A stretch of DNA of 35,185 nt from Candidatus Fraserbacteria bacterium (GTDB lineage Bacteria; Bipolaricaulota; Bipolaricaulia; RBG-16-55-9): NCBI GenBank assembly GCA_037443265.1, contig JBBIOR010000013.1, positions 12,192 to 47,376 of the forward strand, read 5' to 3'. A program made the position numbers and the translations under genes. Under the pieces are notes generated by a model. It was given only the letters and a program-made list of their open reading frames with translations, was not told the DNA's origin and did no database searches. Each line of letters starts with the position of its first letter. Within the stretch, counting starts at the first letter, position 1. Positions 26,807-34,065 of this stretch are shown here, in pieces.

Positions 26807-27713
26807 TCAATCTTCCTCCTTCTCCCCTGCGAAGCAGATGCGTGATGAACAATTCCCCGGCTCGATAGGAGCTTCTCACCAGCGGGCCGGAGGCCACATA
26901 CAGAAAACCCAGCTCCTCGCCCAGCTGCTTATAGTGCGCGAATTGATCGGGATGGACATACTCTTTCACTTCGATATGCCTCTGGGTGGGTCGCAAATAC
27001 TGCCCGATGGTGAGAATATCTACGCCCACAGCGCGAAGATCCCTCATCGTTTGCAGGACTTCTTCTTCCATCTCGCCCAGCCCCACCATGAGGGCGGATT
27101 TGGTGTAGCGTGTGGGGTCGAGTTCTTTGATGCTCTTAAGCACTTGGAGGGATTGATGATATTTCGCGCGCCGATCGCGCACTTTGGGCGTGAGCCTCTC
27201 GATCGTCTCGATGTTGTGGCCAATCACATCGGGCTTGGCCTCCACCACTTTCTTGAGTGATTCGATGCAGCCTTGAAAATCCGGGATGAGCACTTCTACG
27301 AGCATTTGAGGATGCTGCTCTTTGATGGCCCGCACGGTAGAAGCGAAGTGCCCTGCGCCTCCATCGGGCAGATCATCGCGCGCTACGGACGTGAGTACCA
27401 CGTAGTCCAGGCCCCACTCGCCCAGCAAGCGGGCCACTTTCCAGGGCTCAAGCGGATCGAGCCAGCCGCGGGGATGCCCCGATGTGACGGCACAGAAGCG
27501 GCAGCCGCGCGTACAGACATCGCCCATGAGCATGAGGGTGGCCGTGCCGCCGCCCCAGCATTCATGCATATTGGGGCAGCGAGCTTCTTCGCAGACGGTG
27601 TGCAGATTATATTTTCTCAGGCTCTCTTTGATGCGCTGATACTGCTCCCCGGCGGGGGGTCGGATCTTCAGCCATTCAGGCTTTCGTTGAAGCAGAACTC
27701 CCTCTGTGGGCAC
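26799..27713 (-). CDS. lipA: lipoyl synthase
   Basis: CEEARCPNMHEC (CX4CX5C), CTRGCRFC (radical SAM), RSSY. Probable GTG start at 27713 after an AGGGAGGA SD. Confidence 0.96.
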   Translation of the reverse strand: MPTEGVLLQRKPEWLKIRPPAGEQYQRIKESLRKYNLHTVCEEARCPNMHECWGGGTATLMLMGDVCTRGCRFCAVTSGHPRGWLDPLEPWKVARLLGEWGLDYVVLTSVARDDLPDGGAGHFASTVRAIKEQHPQMLVEVLIPDFQGCIESLKKVVEAKPDVIGHNIETIERLTPKVRDRRAKYHQSLQVLKSIKELDPTRYTKSALMVGLGEMEEEVLQTMRDLRAVGVDILTIGQYLRPTQRHIEVKEYVHPDQFAHYKQLGEELGFLYVASGPLVRSSYRAGELFITHLLRRGEGGRLNG

Positions 27714-27748
27714 GTAGATTCCTCCCTTGTTGGGGTTCGAGCGCACGG

Positions 27749-27778
27749 ATTATAGCTTGTGGGACTTGCGGGGTTCAA
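27749..27778 (-). promoter_or_regulatory. promoter of the lipA-E1-E3 operon
   Basis: TTGAAC-18 bp-TATAAT, overlapping the stop codon of the upstream gene. Confidence 0.65.
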
Positions 27779-28860
27779 ACGGGCTTTTGCTCGATGACGA
27801 TGTACTCGCTCGTGATCTCTCGCACTACGCCGTCGATGCTGGCGTGCAGCGCCACGCTCAAATTTTTAAATTCTTCTATGGGGCCATCGATGGGCTTGGC
27901 GATGAGCTGTCCACGCCGGACGCGATCTCCCACCTGCACGACGGGAATAGAGGGCTTGGCTGCCGGACCGTCCTGATTGAGAAAGAGCCTCACTCTTTTG
28001 ATCTCTCCCCGCACATCGACGAACTCCTTAGGCTTCCAGTTGAGATATTTCGAGAGGCCCAGCTTCTCCATGATCCGGGGCAGAGTGTCTTCCCACGTCG
28101 GAGGCGGCTGGCCCGGCAGGGGCTCAAACGAGACTTGATCCCCCACATACCTCGCTTTGTCCGTGACGAGCAGCCCATTGGTCTTCTTCAAGATGGCGTG
28201 TATTTTCACGTCGGCCAGATCGCCCATCATCGGGCCGCCGTCGATCACCATAAGCTGGTTACTTCTAGAGGTGTTGATCCCCACGCGTGCCAATAGATCG
28301 ATGGTCCAGGCGCCCACCGGCGCACAGAAGACCTGGGCCTGCGCGACTTCTCCGTAGACGTTGACGTATTTGTCCGTCACGGGCTTCTCCTCAAAGAGCG
28401 CCAGATACATGTTGTAGATCGTCTCGACGTTGTTGACAGTGACTCCCACGCTGGAGGGCAGCGCTCTTCCTATCACCTCTCGGCCCGTCACCGCTTTCGT
28501 CAACCAGCGCTCCTCGCCCATCCCATAGACAGAAGGAGTGTAGGCGATCTCAAAACCGTGAGATTTTTTCAAGGGATCGAGCATCTCTTTGTCTTTCTCT
28601 TTCGCTCCGATGACGATGCGCTCGAAGCCAAAGACGCGCTTGAGCGCATCGAACACTTCTTTGATCTGATCAGCATATGTGCTGAGCAGGAGCTTATCGG
28701 CCTCATAGCCGGGCTCCCCCTCCTCACAGTTGACAATCAGAATGGGCGTCGGTCTTAAATATTTGAAGTACGTCGGGAAGCCTGCCCCGCCGGCCCCCAC
28801 CAAGCCCATATCGCGCAAGATGCGCACGACTTCCTTGGGATCTGCAGGAGGGTGCGCCAT
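27775..28860 (-). CDS. PduS/RnfC-like flavoprotein (Complex I 51K FMN domain, SLBB, C-terminal barrel-sandwich hybrid) without Fe-S domain
   Basis: GLVGAGGAGFPT, NCEEGEP, YGMGEE, NNVET, GGPMMG, PVVQVGDRVRRGQLIA...LHASIDGVV; only two Cys in the protein. Confidence 0.8.
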   Translation of the reverse strand: MAHPPADPKEVVRILRDMGLVGAGGAGFPTYFKYLRPTPILIVNCEEGEPGYEADKLLLSTYADQIKEVFDALKRVFGFERIVIGAKEKDKEMLDPLKKSHGFEIAYTPSVYGMGEERWLTKAVTGREVIGRALPSSVGVTVNNVETIYNMYLALFEEKPVTDKYVNVYGEVAQAQVFCAPVGAWTIDLLARVGINTSRSNQLMVIDGGPMMGDLADVKIHAILKKTNGLLVTDKARYVGDQVSFEPLPGQPPPTWEDTLPRIMEKLGLSKYLNWKPKEFVDVRGEIKRVRLFLNQDGPAAKPSIPVVQVGDRVRRGQLIAKPIDGPIEEFKNLSVALHASIDGVVREITSEYIVIEQKPV

Positions 28861-29408
28861 CACTGGCCTCCTCCATCGAGGATCGCCTGGGCCACCGCCA
28901 GGGCTGCCTGATGCAGAGCGTCCAGATCAGCCTTCTCGTCCGTCGGGCCGGAGACCAGCACATAGTAGAGCTTTCTGTCCTTCTGCCAGAGGAGTCCCAC
29001 CAGGCCGGATTCTTGGCTGGCAAAGGCCTGAGCCTTGAGGCCCTCGACGGTCAGCTCGCGGCTCTCTCCCAAAAGCAGGAGGGGCTTGATCTCATCGGCC
29101 GCCTGAGGATCTTTGAGCAAGAATACGGTAATTCCCAGGCTCTCTACGCTCTGGGCAAAGGGTGAGTTAGCGGCCGGCACGAGCGCCGCATGTACGGAGA
29201 AGAGTTCGCCTTCAAAGATCGGGTCCGCTCGATCGATGCGCTCGATCTCAAACCCCTCGATCTGCGGAGGTATAAGCGTCTGCGGCTCCGTTGCAAGTGG
29301 TGGAGTTGCTGTGCCCGACGGCGCTCCGCCTTGCAGGGCGATCAGGGCCACTAGCAAGGCTACGGCCGCTCCGATCAAAATCAGCATCACCCCTGATAGA
29401 TTGGGCAT
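28860..29408 (-). CDS. hypothetical protein with N-terminal membrane anchor/signal
   Basis: Hydrophobic N-terminus and Pro-rich linker; own promoter; TGATG coupling to the downstream flavoprotein. Confidence 0.7.
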   Translation of the reverse strand: MPNLSGVMLILIGAAVALLVALIALQGGAPSGTATPPLATEPQTLIPPQIEGFEIERIDRADPIFEGELFSVHAALVPAANSPFAQSVESLGITVFLLKDPQAADEIKPLLLLGESRELTVEGLKAQAFASQESGLVGLLWQKDRKLYYVLVSGPTDEKADLDALHQAALAVAQAILDGGGQ

Positions 29409-29414
29409 GGCCTC

Positions 29415-29443
29415 ACTATAAGCTGAAGTGCTCTTTTTGTCAA
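29415..29443 (-). promoter_or_regulatory. leaderless-type sigma70 promoter
   Basis: TTGACA-17 bp-TATAGT, only 6 nt to ATG 29408. Confidence 0.78.
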
Positions 29444-29518
29444 CTGGGAGTGAGAGGGAACTCTTGCTATAATCTCATCGAATTGATCCGATTTTTTGCG
29501 GCTTTGGAGCGTGGCGCG

Positions 29519-30637
29519 ATGTCCAAGGGTCGAGTGCTGGTCGCGATGAGTGGAGGGGTGGATAGCTCCGTAGCAGCTCTTTTGCTTAAGCAAGAGGGCT
29601 ATGAAGTCATCGGGGCCACCCTCAATTTGTGGTCCTACGAGGGCCGAGAGGAGCCCTACAACGGGTGCTGCTCTTTGGAGGTGCGCGCCGTGGCCCAGCA
29701 GTTGGGCATCGAGCATCATTTCATAGACGAGGGGGAGGCCTTCAAGCGCGAGGTCGTCGATCCGTTCATCGCGGAATACGTGTCGGGGCAGACGCCCAGC
29801 CCTTGCGGAAGATGCAACCGCCAGGTGCGCTTCCCTCGGCTGCTGGCGCTCGCAGATCGGCTGAACTGTGAGTATCTCGCCACAGGGCATCACGCCCGCA
29901 TCCGCTGGGAAGACGGCATCTATTATCTGCTCAAGGGGCGCGATCCCCTGAAAGATCAGTCCTATTTTCTTTATGGGCTCGGCCAGGAGGAATTGCGAAG
30001 AATCCTCTTCCCCATTGGAGAATATCTCAAGGAAGAAGTCTGGGAGATGGCGCGTCGAGCAAAGCTCGTCTCGGCCCGCAAGCCTGAGAGTCAAGATCTC
30101 TGCTTCTTACCCCAGGGAGATCTCGTGCGCTTCTTGAAGGAGCGGGCGAACGGGGCTCTACGGCCGGGCGAGATCATCGACGCCCAAGGGCGGGTCCTCG
30201 GGCAACACCAGGGGCTCGCTCTTTATACCATTGGCCAGCGACGCGGCCTAGGCATCAGCACGGGAGAGAAGCTCTATGTCGTCGCGCTCGACCCAGAGCG
30301 CAATCGCGTCATCATCGGCCCGGAGGAGGAACTCTATGCCGATGGGTTGATTGCGGAGCAAGTCCATTTCGTCTATGGGGGTCCACTTAGGCGCGCCGAG
30401 CGGGTCGAGGTGAAGATCCGCTATCGCAGCCGCCCGGCCTCCGCCCTCCTAGAGCCCCTGAGGGAGGAGAGCCGCGTGCGGGTTCTCTTCGATGAGCCGC
30501 AACGGGCCGTCACCCCCGGCCAGATCGCCGTCTTCTATCAGGGCGAAAGAGTCCTCGGGGGAGGAACGATCCTTCAGGCCGTGGCTGTTCCAAAAGCGGG
30601 ATGCGCGCGTGGCGCGAGGCTCAGCGGGCGAGGATGA
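29519..30637 (+). CDS. mnmA: tRNA 2-thiouridine(34) synthase
   Basis: VAMSGGVDS, TPSPCGRCN, ATGHHAR, KDQSYFL, ESQDLCF, YTIGQRRGLG, AVTPGQ. Start ATG 29519; extended -10 TGCTATAAT at 29465-29473. Confidence 0.96.
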   Translation: MSKGRVLVAMSGGVDSSVAALLLKQEGYEVIGATLNLWSYEGREEPYNGCCSLEVRAVAQQLGIEHHFIDEGEAFKREVVDPFIAEYVSGQTPSPCGRCNRQVRFPRLLALADRLNCEYLATGHHARIRWEDGIYYLLKGRDPLKDQSYFLYGLGQEELRRILFPIGEYLKEEVWEMARRAKLVSARKPESQDLCFLPQGDLVRFLKERANGALRPGEIIDAQGRVLGQHQGLALYTIGQRRGLGISTGEKLYVVALDPERNRVIIGPEEELYADGLIAEQVHFVYGGPLRRAERVEVKIRYRSRPASALLEPLREESRVRVLFDEPQRAVTPGQIAVFYQGERVLGGGTILQAVAVPKAGCARGARLSGRG

Positions 30638-30998
30638 GTCCTTCCATGCCCTTGCTTCGCCAGATGGGATCGTAGACCTCGTAGCGGCGACCCCGGACGA
30701 GGTCGACCCAGATCGTGATAGATCCGCTGGGCCGAAGCACATCGATCTTGGCGATCACCGTGCGCTCCACGGGGTCGTAAATCTCAATCTGGTGGAGGAT
30801 CCTGCCCTGATTGTTGAAGACGACCTTCACCCGGCCCGATTGCAAGTTGACGCGATCGGGGGTGATCTTGTACTCCGTGAGAGTGAACTGGCCCTCCTTG
30901 AGAATGGTGCTGTCGGAGGGGGACTTGGGGCCGAAGAGGGTCCAACCGACGAGGGCCAGTGCGGCCCCGATGACGATGATCGCTATCACACGTTCCAT
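30621..30998 (-). CDS. membrane-anchored cupredoxin-fold protein, copper ligands degenerate
   Basis: TM helix, then EYKITP...VVFNNQGRILHQI...LRPSGS...GRRYEVYDPIWRSKGMEGLI. AGGAGG SD; promoter-like TTGACG-18-TATGAT at 31087-31058. Confidence 0.7.
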   Translation of the reverse strand: MERVIAIIVIGAALALVGWTLFGPKSPSDSTILKEGQFTLTEYKITPDRVNLQSGRVKVVFNNQGRILHQIEIYDPVERTVIAKIDVLRPSGSITIWVDLVRGRRYEVYDPIWRSKGMEGLILAR

Positions 30999-31153
30999 GA
31001 GCGAAGATGTTCCTCCTTGCTGTTGGAATCAAGATCGAATGTCCTCGTGATGGGTTGATCATACTGGAGAGAAGGCCCAGTCGTCAACTCAGCTGTGCCC
31101 TGACGCATGGACATTCGAGACTCCCAGGCCCAGCCGGCTGTTCCGGGTTCACC

Positions 31154-31182
31154 TTGACGGCCCTTCCATCAGCACCTACAAT
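31154..31182 (+). promoter_or_regulatory. promoter of tRNA-Ser(TGA)
   Basis: TTGACG-17 bp-TACAAT. Confidence 0.75.
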
Positions 31183-31198
31183 CTCCGTGGATCTTGCC

Positions 31199-31282
31199 GG
31201 AGGGATGGCCGAGCGGACGAAGGCATCGGTCTTGAAAACCGAAGGGCGAAGAGCCCCGGGGGTTCGAATCCCTCTCCCTCCG
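31199..31282 (+). tRNA. tRNA-Ser (anticodon TGA)
   Basis: Acceptor GGAGGGA/TCCCTCC with G discriminator, anticodon arm TCGGT-CTTGAAA-ACCGA, long variable arm, GGTTCGAATCC. Confidence 0.95.
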
Positions 31283-31291
31283 CCCAATGTT

Positions 31292-31320
31292 TTGACAAAT
31301 CGCAAGCCGCGCTTTAGAAT
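31292..31320 (+). promoter_or_regulatory. promoter of tRNA-Ser(GCT) and SRP RNA
   Basis: TTGACA-17 bp-TAGAAT. Confidence 0.8.
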
Positions 31321-31333
31321 GGCTTGCGCCACT

Positions 31334-31425
<92 letters not shown>

Positions 31426-31426
31426 C

Positions 31427-31698
31427 GGCCTGTGCTAGGTGGGGGGCTAGCGGTCCCCTGCATCCGAAAGCCGCTTAAGCGGAGCCGAAGGATCTCCCGA
31501 GAGGCCTTCCCCTGGGAGCGCACTCGGCGCAAGCGGCGCTGAAGGCTGAGCCCTCTACGGCGCAGACTGGCAAACCCCGCCAGGCCCGGAAGGGAGCAAC
31601 GGTAAGCGAGTCCCTGCGGGTGCTAGAGGATCCCTTGGCCGGAGCCGGCTGCCCGAGAGACGCCCGGAGGAACGCCCCGAAGGGATCCCGCACAGGCC
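31427..31698 (+). ncRNA. ffs: large (Alu-domain-containing) bacterial SRP RNA
   Basis: Terminal pairing GGCCTGTGC/GCACAGGCC; conserved helix-8 motif GCCAGGCCCGGAAGGGAGCAAC; 5' Alu-like region GTGCTAGGTGGGGGGCTAGCGGTCCCCTG; about 272 nt. Confidence 0.9.
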
Positions 31699-31713
31699 AT
31701 CCCTTTCCCCCAT

Positions 31714-31742
31714 TTGTCTGCGGCTGTGCCTCCCCTTATAAT
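31714..31742 (+). promoter_or_regulatory. promoter of pyrD-pyrC (leaderless-type)
   Basis: TTGTCT-17 bp-TATAAT, 8 nt to ATG 31751. Confidence 0.68.
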
Positions 31743-31750
31743 GGAGCAAC

Positions 31751-32698
31751 ATGGGCAAGCTGGCCATCTCTCCACCCATCACCAACGCCTCCGGACCCCT
31801 CTCCGTCACCCAAGAAGAGCTCGAAGCTTTGGGAAGATCCAAGAGTGGGGCCATCGTCACAAAATCCATGACCCACTGCCCGCGCGCAGGAAACCCGGAG
31901 CCCCGATTGGCTCCTCGGCTTAACAGTGGGCTCGGCTCGCTCAACTCCATGGGGCTTAACAACCTAGGTTATCGTGAGTACGCTAAGCTCGTCCCCAAGC
32001 TCAAAGCCTTCAAAAAGCCCGTGATTGCCAGCATCTCCAGCGCCCCCTGTGAGCATAACTTGAGCCTCGAAGAGCAATATTGCGAGATGGCCCAGACCCT
32101 GGCAAAGAGCGGGGCAGACATGCTCGAGATCAATCTCTCCACGCCCAACTTGACGGGCATTCCTATCTCCAACGATCCAGAGGCCATCGAGCGCATCCTC
32201 ACCCCCATCTGCCAGGCCGTCAAGATCCCCATCAGCGTCAAAGTCTCGCCTTATAATAATACGCTCCCGCTCTTCCAGAGGGTCGCACAACTCCTGATGG
32301 AGTTGGCCGTGGAGGTGGTGGTCACGATGAATTCCGAGCCCAACGCGATGGATATTGATTTAAAGACGCGGGCGAAGGTGCTCAAGCCGCGGGAGGGCTA
32401 TGGGGGCCTCGGTGGCCCAGCCATCCTGCCCATCGCCCTCGGCGAAGTCCATCGCTTCTACACCTTCTTCCAGAAGCATCGCAGCCCCATCGAAGTCTGG
32501 GGCTGCGGCGGCATTGTTTGCGCTGAAGACGCGCTCAAGCACTTTCTGGCTGGCGCGTCCGTCGTGCAGGTGGGCACGGCGCTCCTCTGGAGAGGCCCAG
32601 AGATCTTTGAAGAGCTTTGGCAGGGGATCGAACGCTGGCTGGACGAAAACGGCATCTTAAGCCTCGAAGAGATCATAGGAACGGTGCGAGAACTCTGA
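31751..32698 (+). CDS. pyrD: dihydroorotate dehydrogenase, family 1 (1A-like)
   Basis: NASG, TKSMT..PRAGNPEPR, NSMGLNNLG, EINLSTPN, GGLGG, GCGGI, VQVGT; coupled to pyrC. Confidence 0.88.
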   Translation: MGKLAISPPITNASGPLSVTQEELEALGRSKSGAIVTKSMTHCPRAGNPEPRLAPRLNSGLGSLNSMGLNNLGYREYAKLVPKLKAFKKPVIASISSAPCEHNLSLEEQYCEMAQTLAKSGADMLEINLSTPNLTGIPISNDPEAIERILTPICQAVKIPISVKVSPYNNTLPLFQRVAQLLMELAVEVVVTMNSEPNAMDIDLKTRAKVLKPREGYGGLGGPAILPIALGEVHRFYTFFQKHRSPIEVWGCGGIVCAEDALKHFLAGASVVQVGTALLWRGPEIFEELWQGIERWLDENGILSLEEIIGTVREL

Positions 32699-33891
32699 TG
32701 AGAGTCCTACGCGGCGGCCAAGTCTTCCTCGAGGGAAGACTCGCTCAAACGGAGATCGCCTTCGATGAAGAGGGCATCCAGGCCATTGGGAGCGAGCTGG
32801 ACGGCGAGTCCATCGACTGCTCAAAGCTCATCATCCTGCCGGGCATGATCGACGTTCATGTCCACTTCCGCGATTTCCATGAATCTCACAAAGAGACGTG
32901 GCAGACGGGCGGGTGGGCAGCCGTCCAGGGCGGAGTCACCACCGTCATGGCCATGCCCAACACAGACCCGCCTAGCACGACCATTGAAATGATTCGAGAG
33001 CAGAGGAGAAGAGCGGAGGCTTCGCCTGTGAATTTTGGACTCTTCGGTGGAATTGTGCCCGAAAACCTCAAATCGATCCCTCTTCTTGCGCCGCAAGTCG
33101 CGGCGTTTAAGCTCTACATGGGCGAGACGACCGGAGGGCTTCGTATTACGCGCCGCTCGCTCCAGAAAGAAGCCTTCGCGCGTGTAGCCGAGACGGGAAA
33201 GATCTTGGCCGTGCATGCCCAGCGCCTCGACTCCCCCTCGGAAGCGCACGATCTGGAGAGCGCGCTGGAGCTGGCGGTGCAAACGGGCGTTAAGCTCCAT
33301 CTCTGCCACGTGCGCACTCAAGAGGGACTGGAGCTGGCACAGGAGGCCAAGGAGGATGGGCTCGATGTCACGATCGAGACGTGCCCGCATTATCTCTTCT
33401 TCACCCAGCGGGATCTTGAGAAGCAGGGCACGTCTCTCAAAGTGAATCCACCCTTGACCACAGAGGAAGATCGCACATTCCTCTGGTGGGCTCTGGAGAA
33501 GGGCTGGATTGATATTTTAGCCAGCGATCATGCTCCGCACACAGTAGAAGAGAAACAGAGGCCCTTTGAGAGGGCGCCCTTTGGGTTGCCGGGCGTGGAG
33601 ACGACGCTGCCATTGATGCTCGACGCCGTTCAGAGAGAAAAGATCTCGCTGGCCCGTCTGGTGGAGGTGTTCTCCACAAGACCCGCGGAGCGCTTCGGCT
33701 TCTCTACCAAGGGGCGTATTGCTGTTGGCTGCGACTCTGATTTTGTGATCGTGGATCTTGGAAGGCGGGATCAGGTGAGGCGAGAGGCGCTGGCTACGAG
33801 GTGCGGCTGGTCACCCTATGAGGGTTTTTTGATTAAGGGCTGGCCTGTGAGGACCTTCGTACGAGGCCAGCAAATCTTTAGCGCGCTCTAG
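32698..33891 (+). CDS. pyrC: dihydroorotase
   Basis: IDVHVHFRD, AMPNT, FKLYMG, LCHV, ETCPHYL, KVNPPL, ASDHAPH; the ATG overlaps the pyrD stop (TGATG). Confidence 0.9.
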   Translation: MRVLRGGQVFLEGRLAQTEIAFDEEGIQAIGSELDGESIDCSKLIILPGMIDVHVHFRDFHESHKETWQTGGWAAVQGGVTTVMAMPNTDPPSTTIEMIREQRRRAEASPVNFGLFGGIVPENLKSIPLLAPQVAAFKLYMGETTGGLRITRRSLQKEAFARVAETGKILAVHAQRLDSPSEAHDLESALELAVQTGVKLHLCHVRTQEGLELAQEAKEDGLDVTIETCPHYLFFTQRDLEKQGTSLKVNPPLTTEEDRTFLWWALEKGWIDILASDHAPHTVEEKQRPFERAPFGLPGVETTLPLMLDAVQREKISLARLVEVFSTRPAERFGFSTKGRIAVGCDSDFVIVDLGRRDQVRREALATRCGWSPYEGFLIKGWPVRTFVRGQQIFSAL

Positions 33892-33913
33892 CTACTACCA
33901 GCCCAGCTTTGGG

Positions 33914-33987
33914 TACGCCCGGCAGGATTTGAACCTGCGACCTCTGGCTCCGGAGGCCAGCGCTCTCATCCCCTGAGCTACGGGCGC
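33914..33987 (-). tRNA. tRNA-Arg (anticodon CCG)
   Basis: Reverse complement gives acceptor GCGCCCG/CGGGCGT, anticodon arm CTGGC-CTCCGGA-GCCAG, T-arm GCAGG-TTCAAAT-CCTGC. Confidence 0.95.
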
Positions 33988-33999
33988 GCAAGCATGGAG

Positions 34000-34029
34000 A
34001 GTGTAGCTAGGGTCGAGGGCTTTTGTCAA
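34000..34029 (-). promoter_or_regulatory. promoter of tRNA-Arg
   Basis: TTGACA-18 bp-TACACT. Confidence 0.75.
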
Positions 34030-34065
34030 GCCGCAAACTCCATCCCCGCAATCCCACTCAAAATC

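Noticed and set aside
27775..28860. Bacterial microcompartment or Rnf complex locus
   Set aside because: There are no shell proteins or RnfABDEG genes in the window; only the lone PduS/RnfC-like gene.
29291..29518. 76-aa N-terminal extension of MnmA in the ORF track; likewise extensions at 3883, 20250, 32617 and 11130
   Set aside because: They overlap neighbouring genes or promoters; the family N-termini begin at the downstream starts used above.
31199..31282. tRNA with TGA in the anticodon loop as a selenocysteine or suppressor tRNA
   Set aside because: Anticodon 5'-TGA-3' reads UCA (Ser). tRNA-Sec would have TCA and an extended acceptor stem.
33892..34065. Integrative element attachment site at tRNA-Arg or the other tRNAs
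   Set aside because: No duplicated tRNA 3' end, integrase or transposase was seen in the window.
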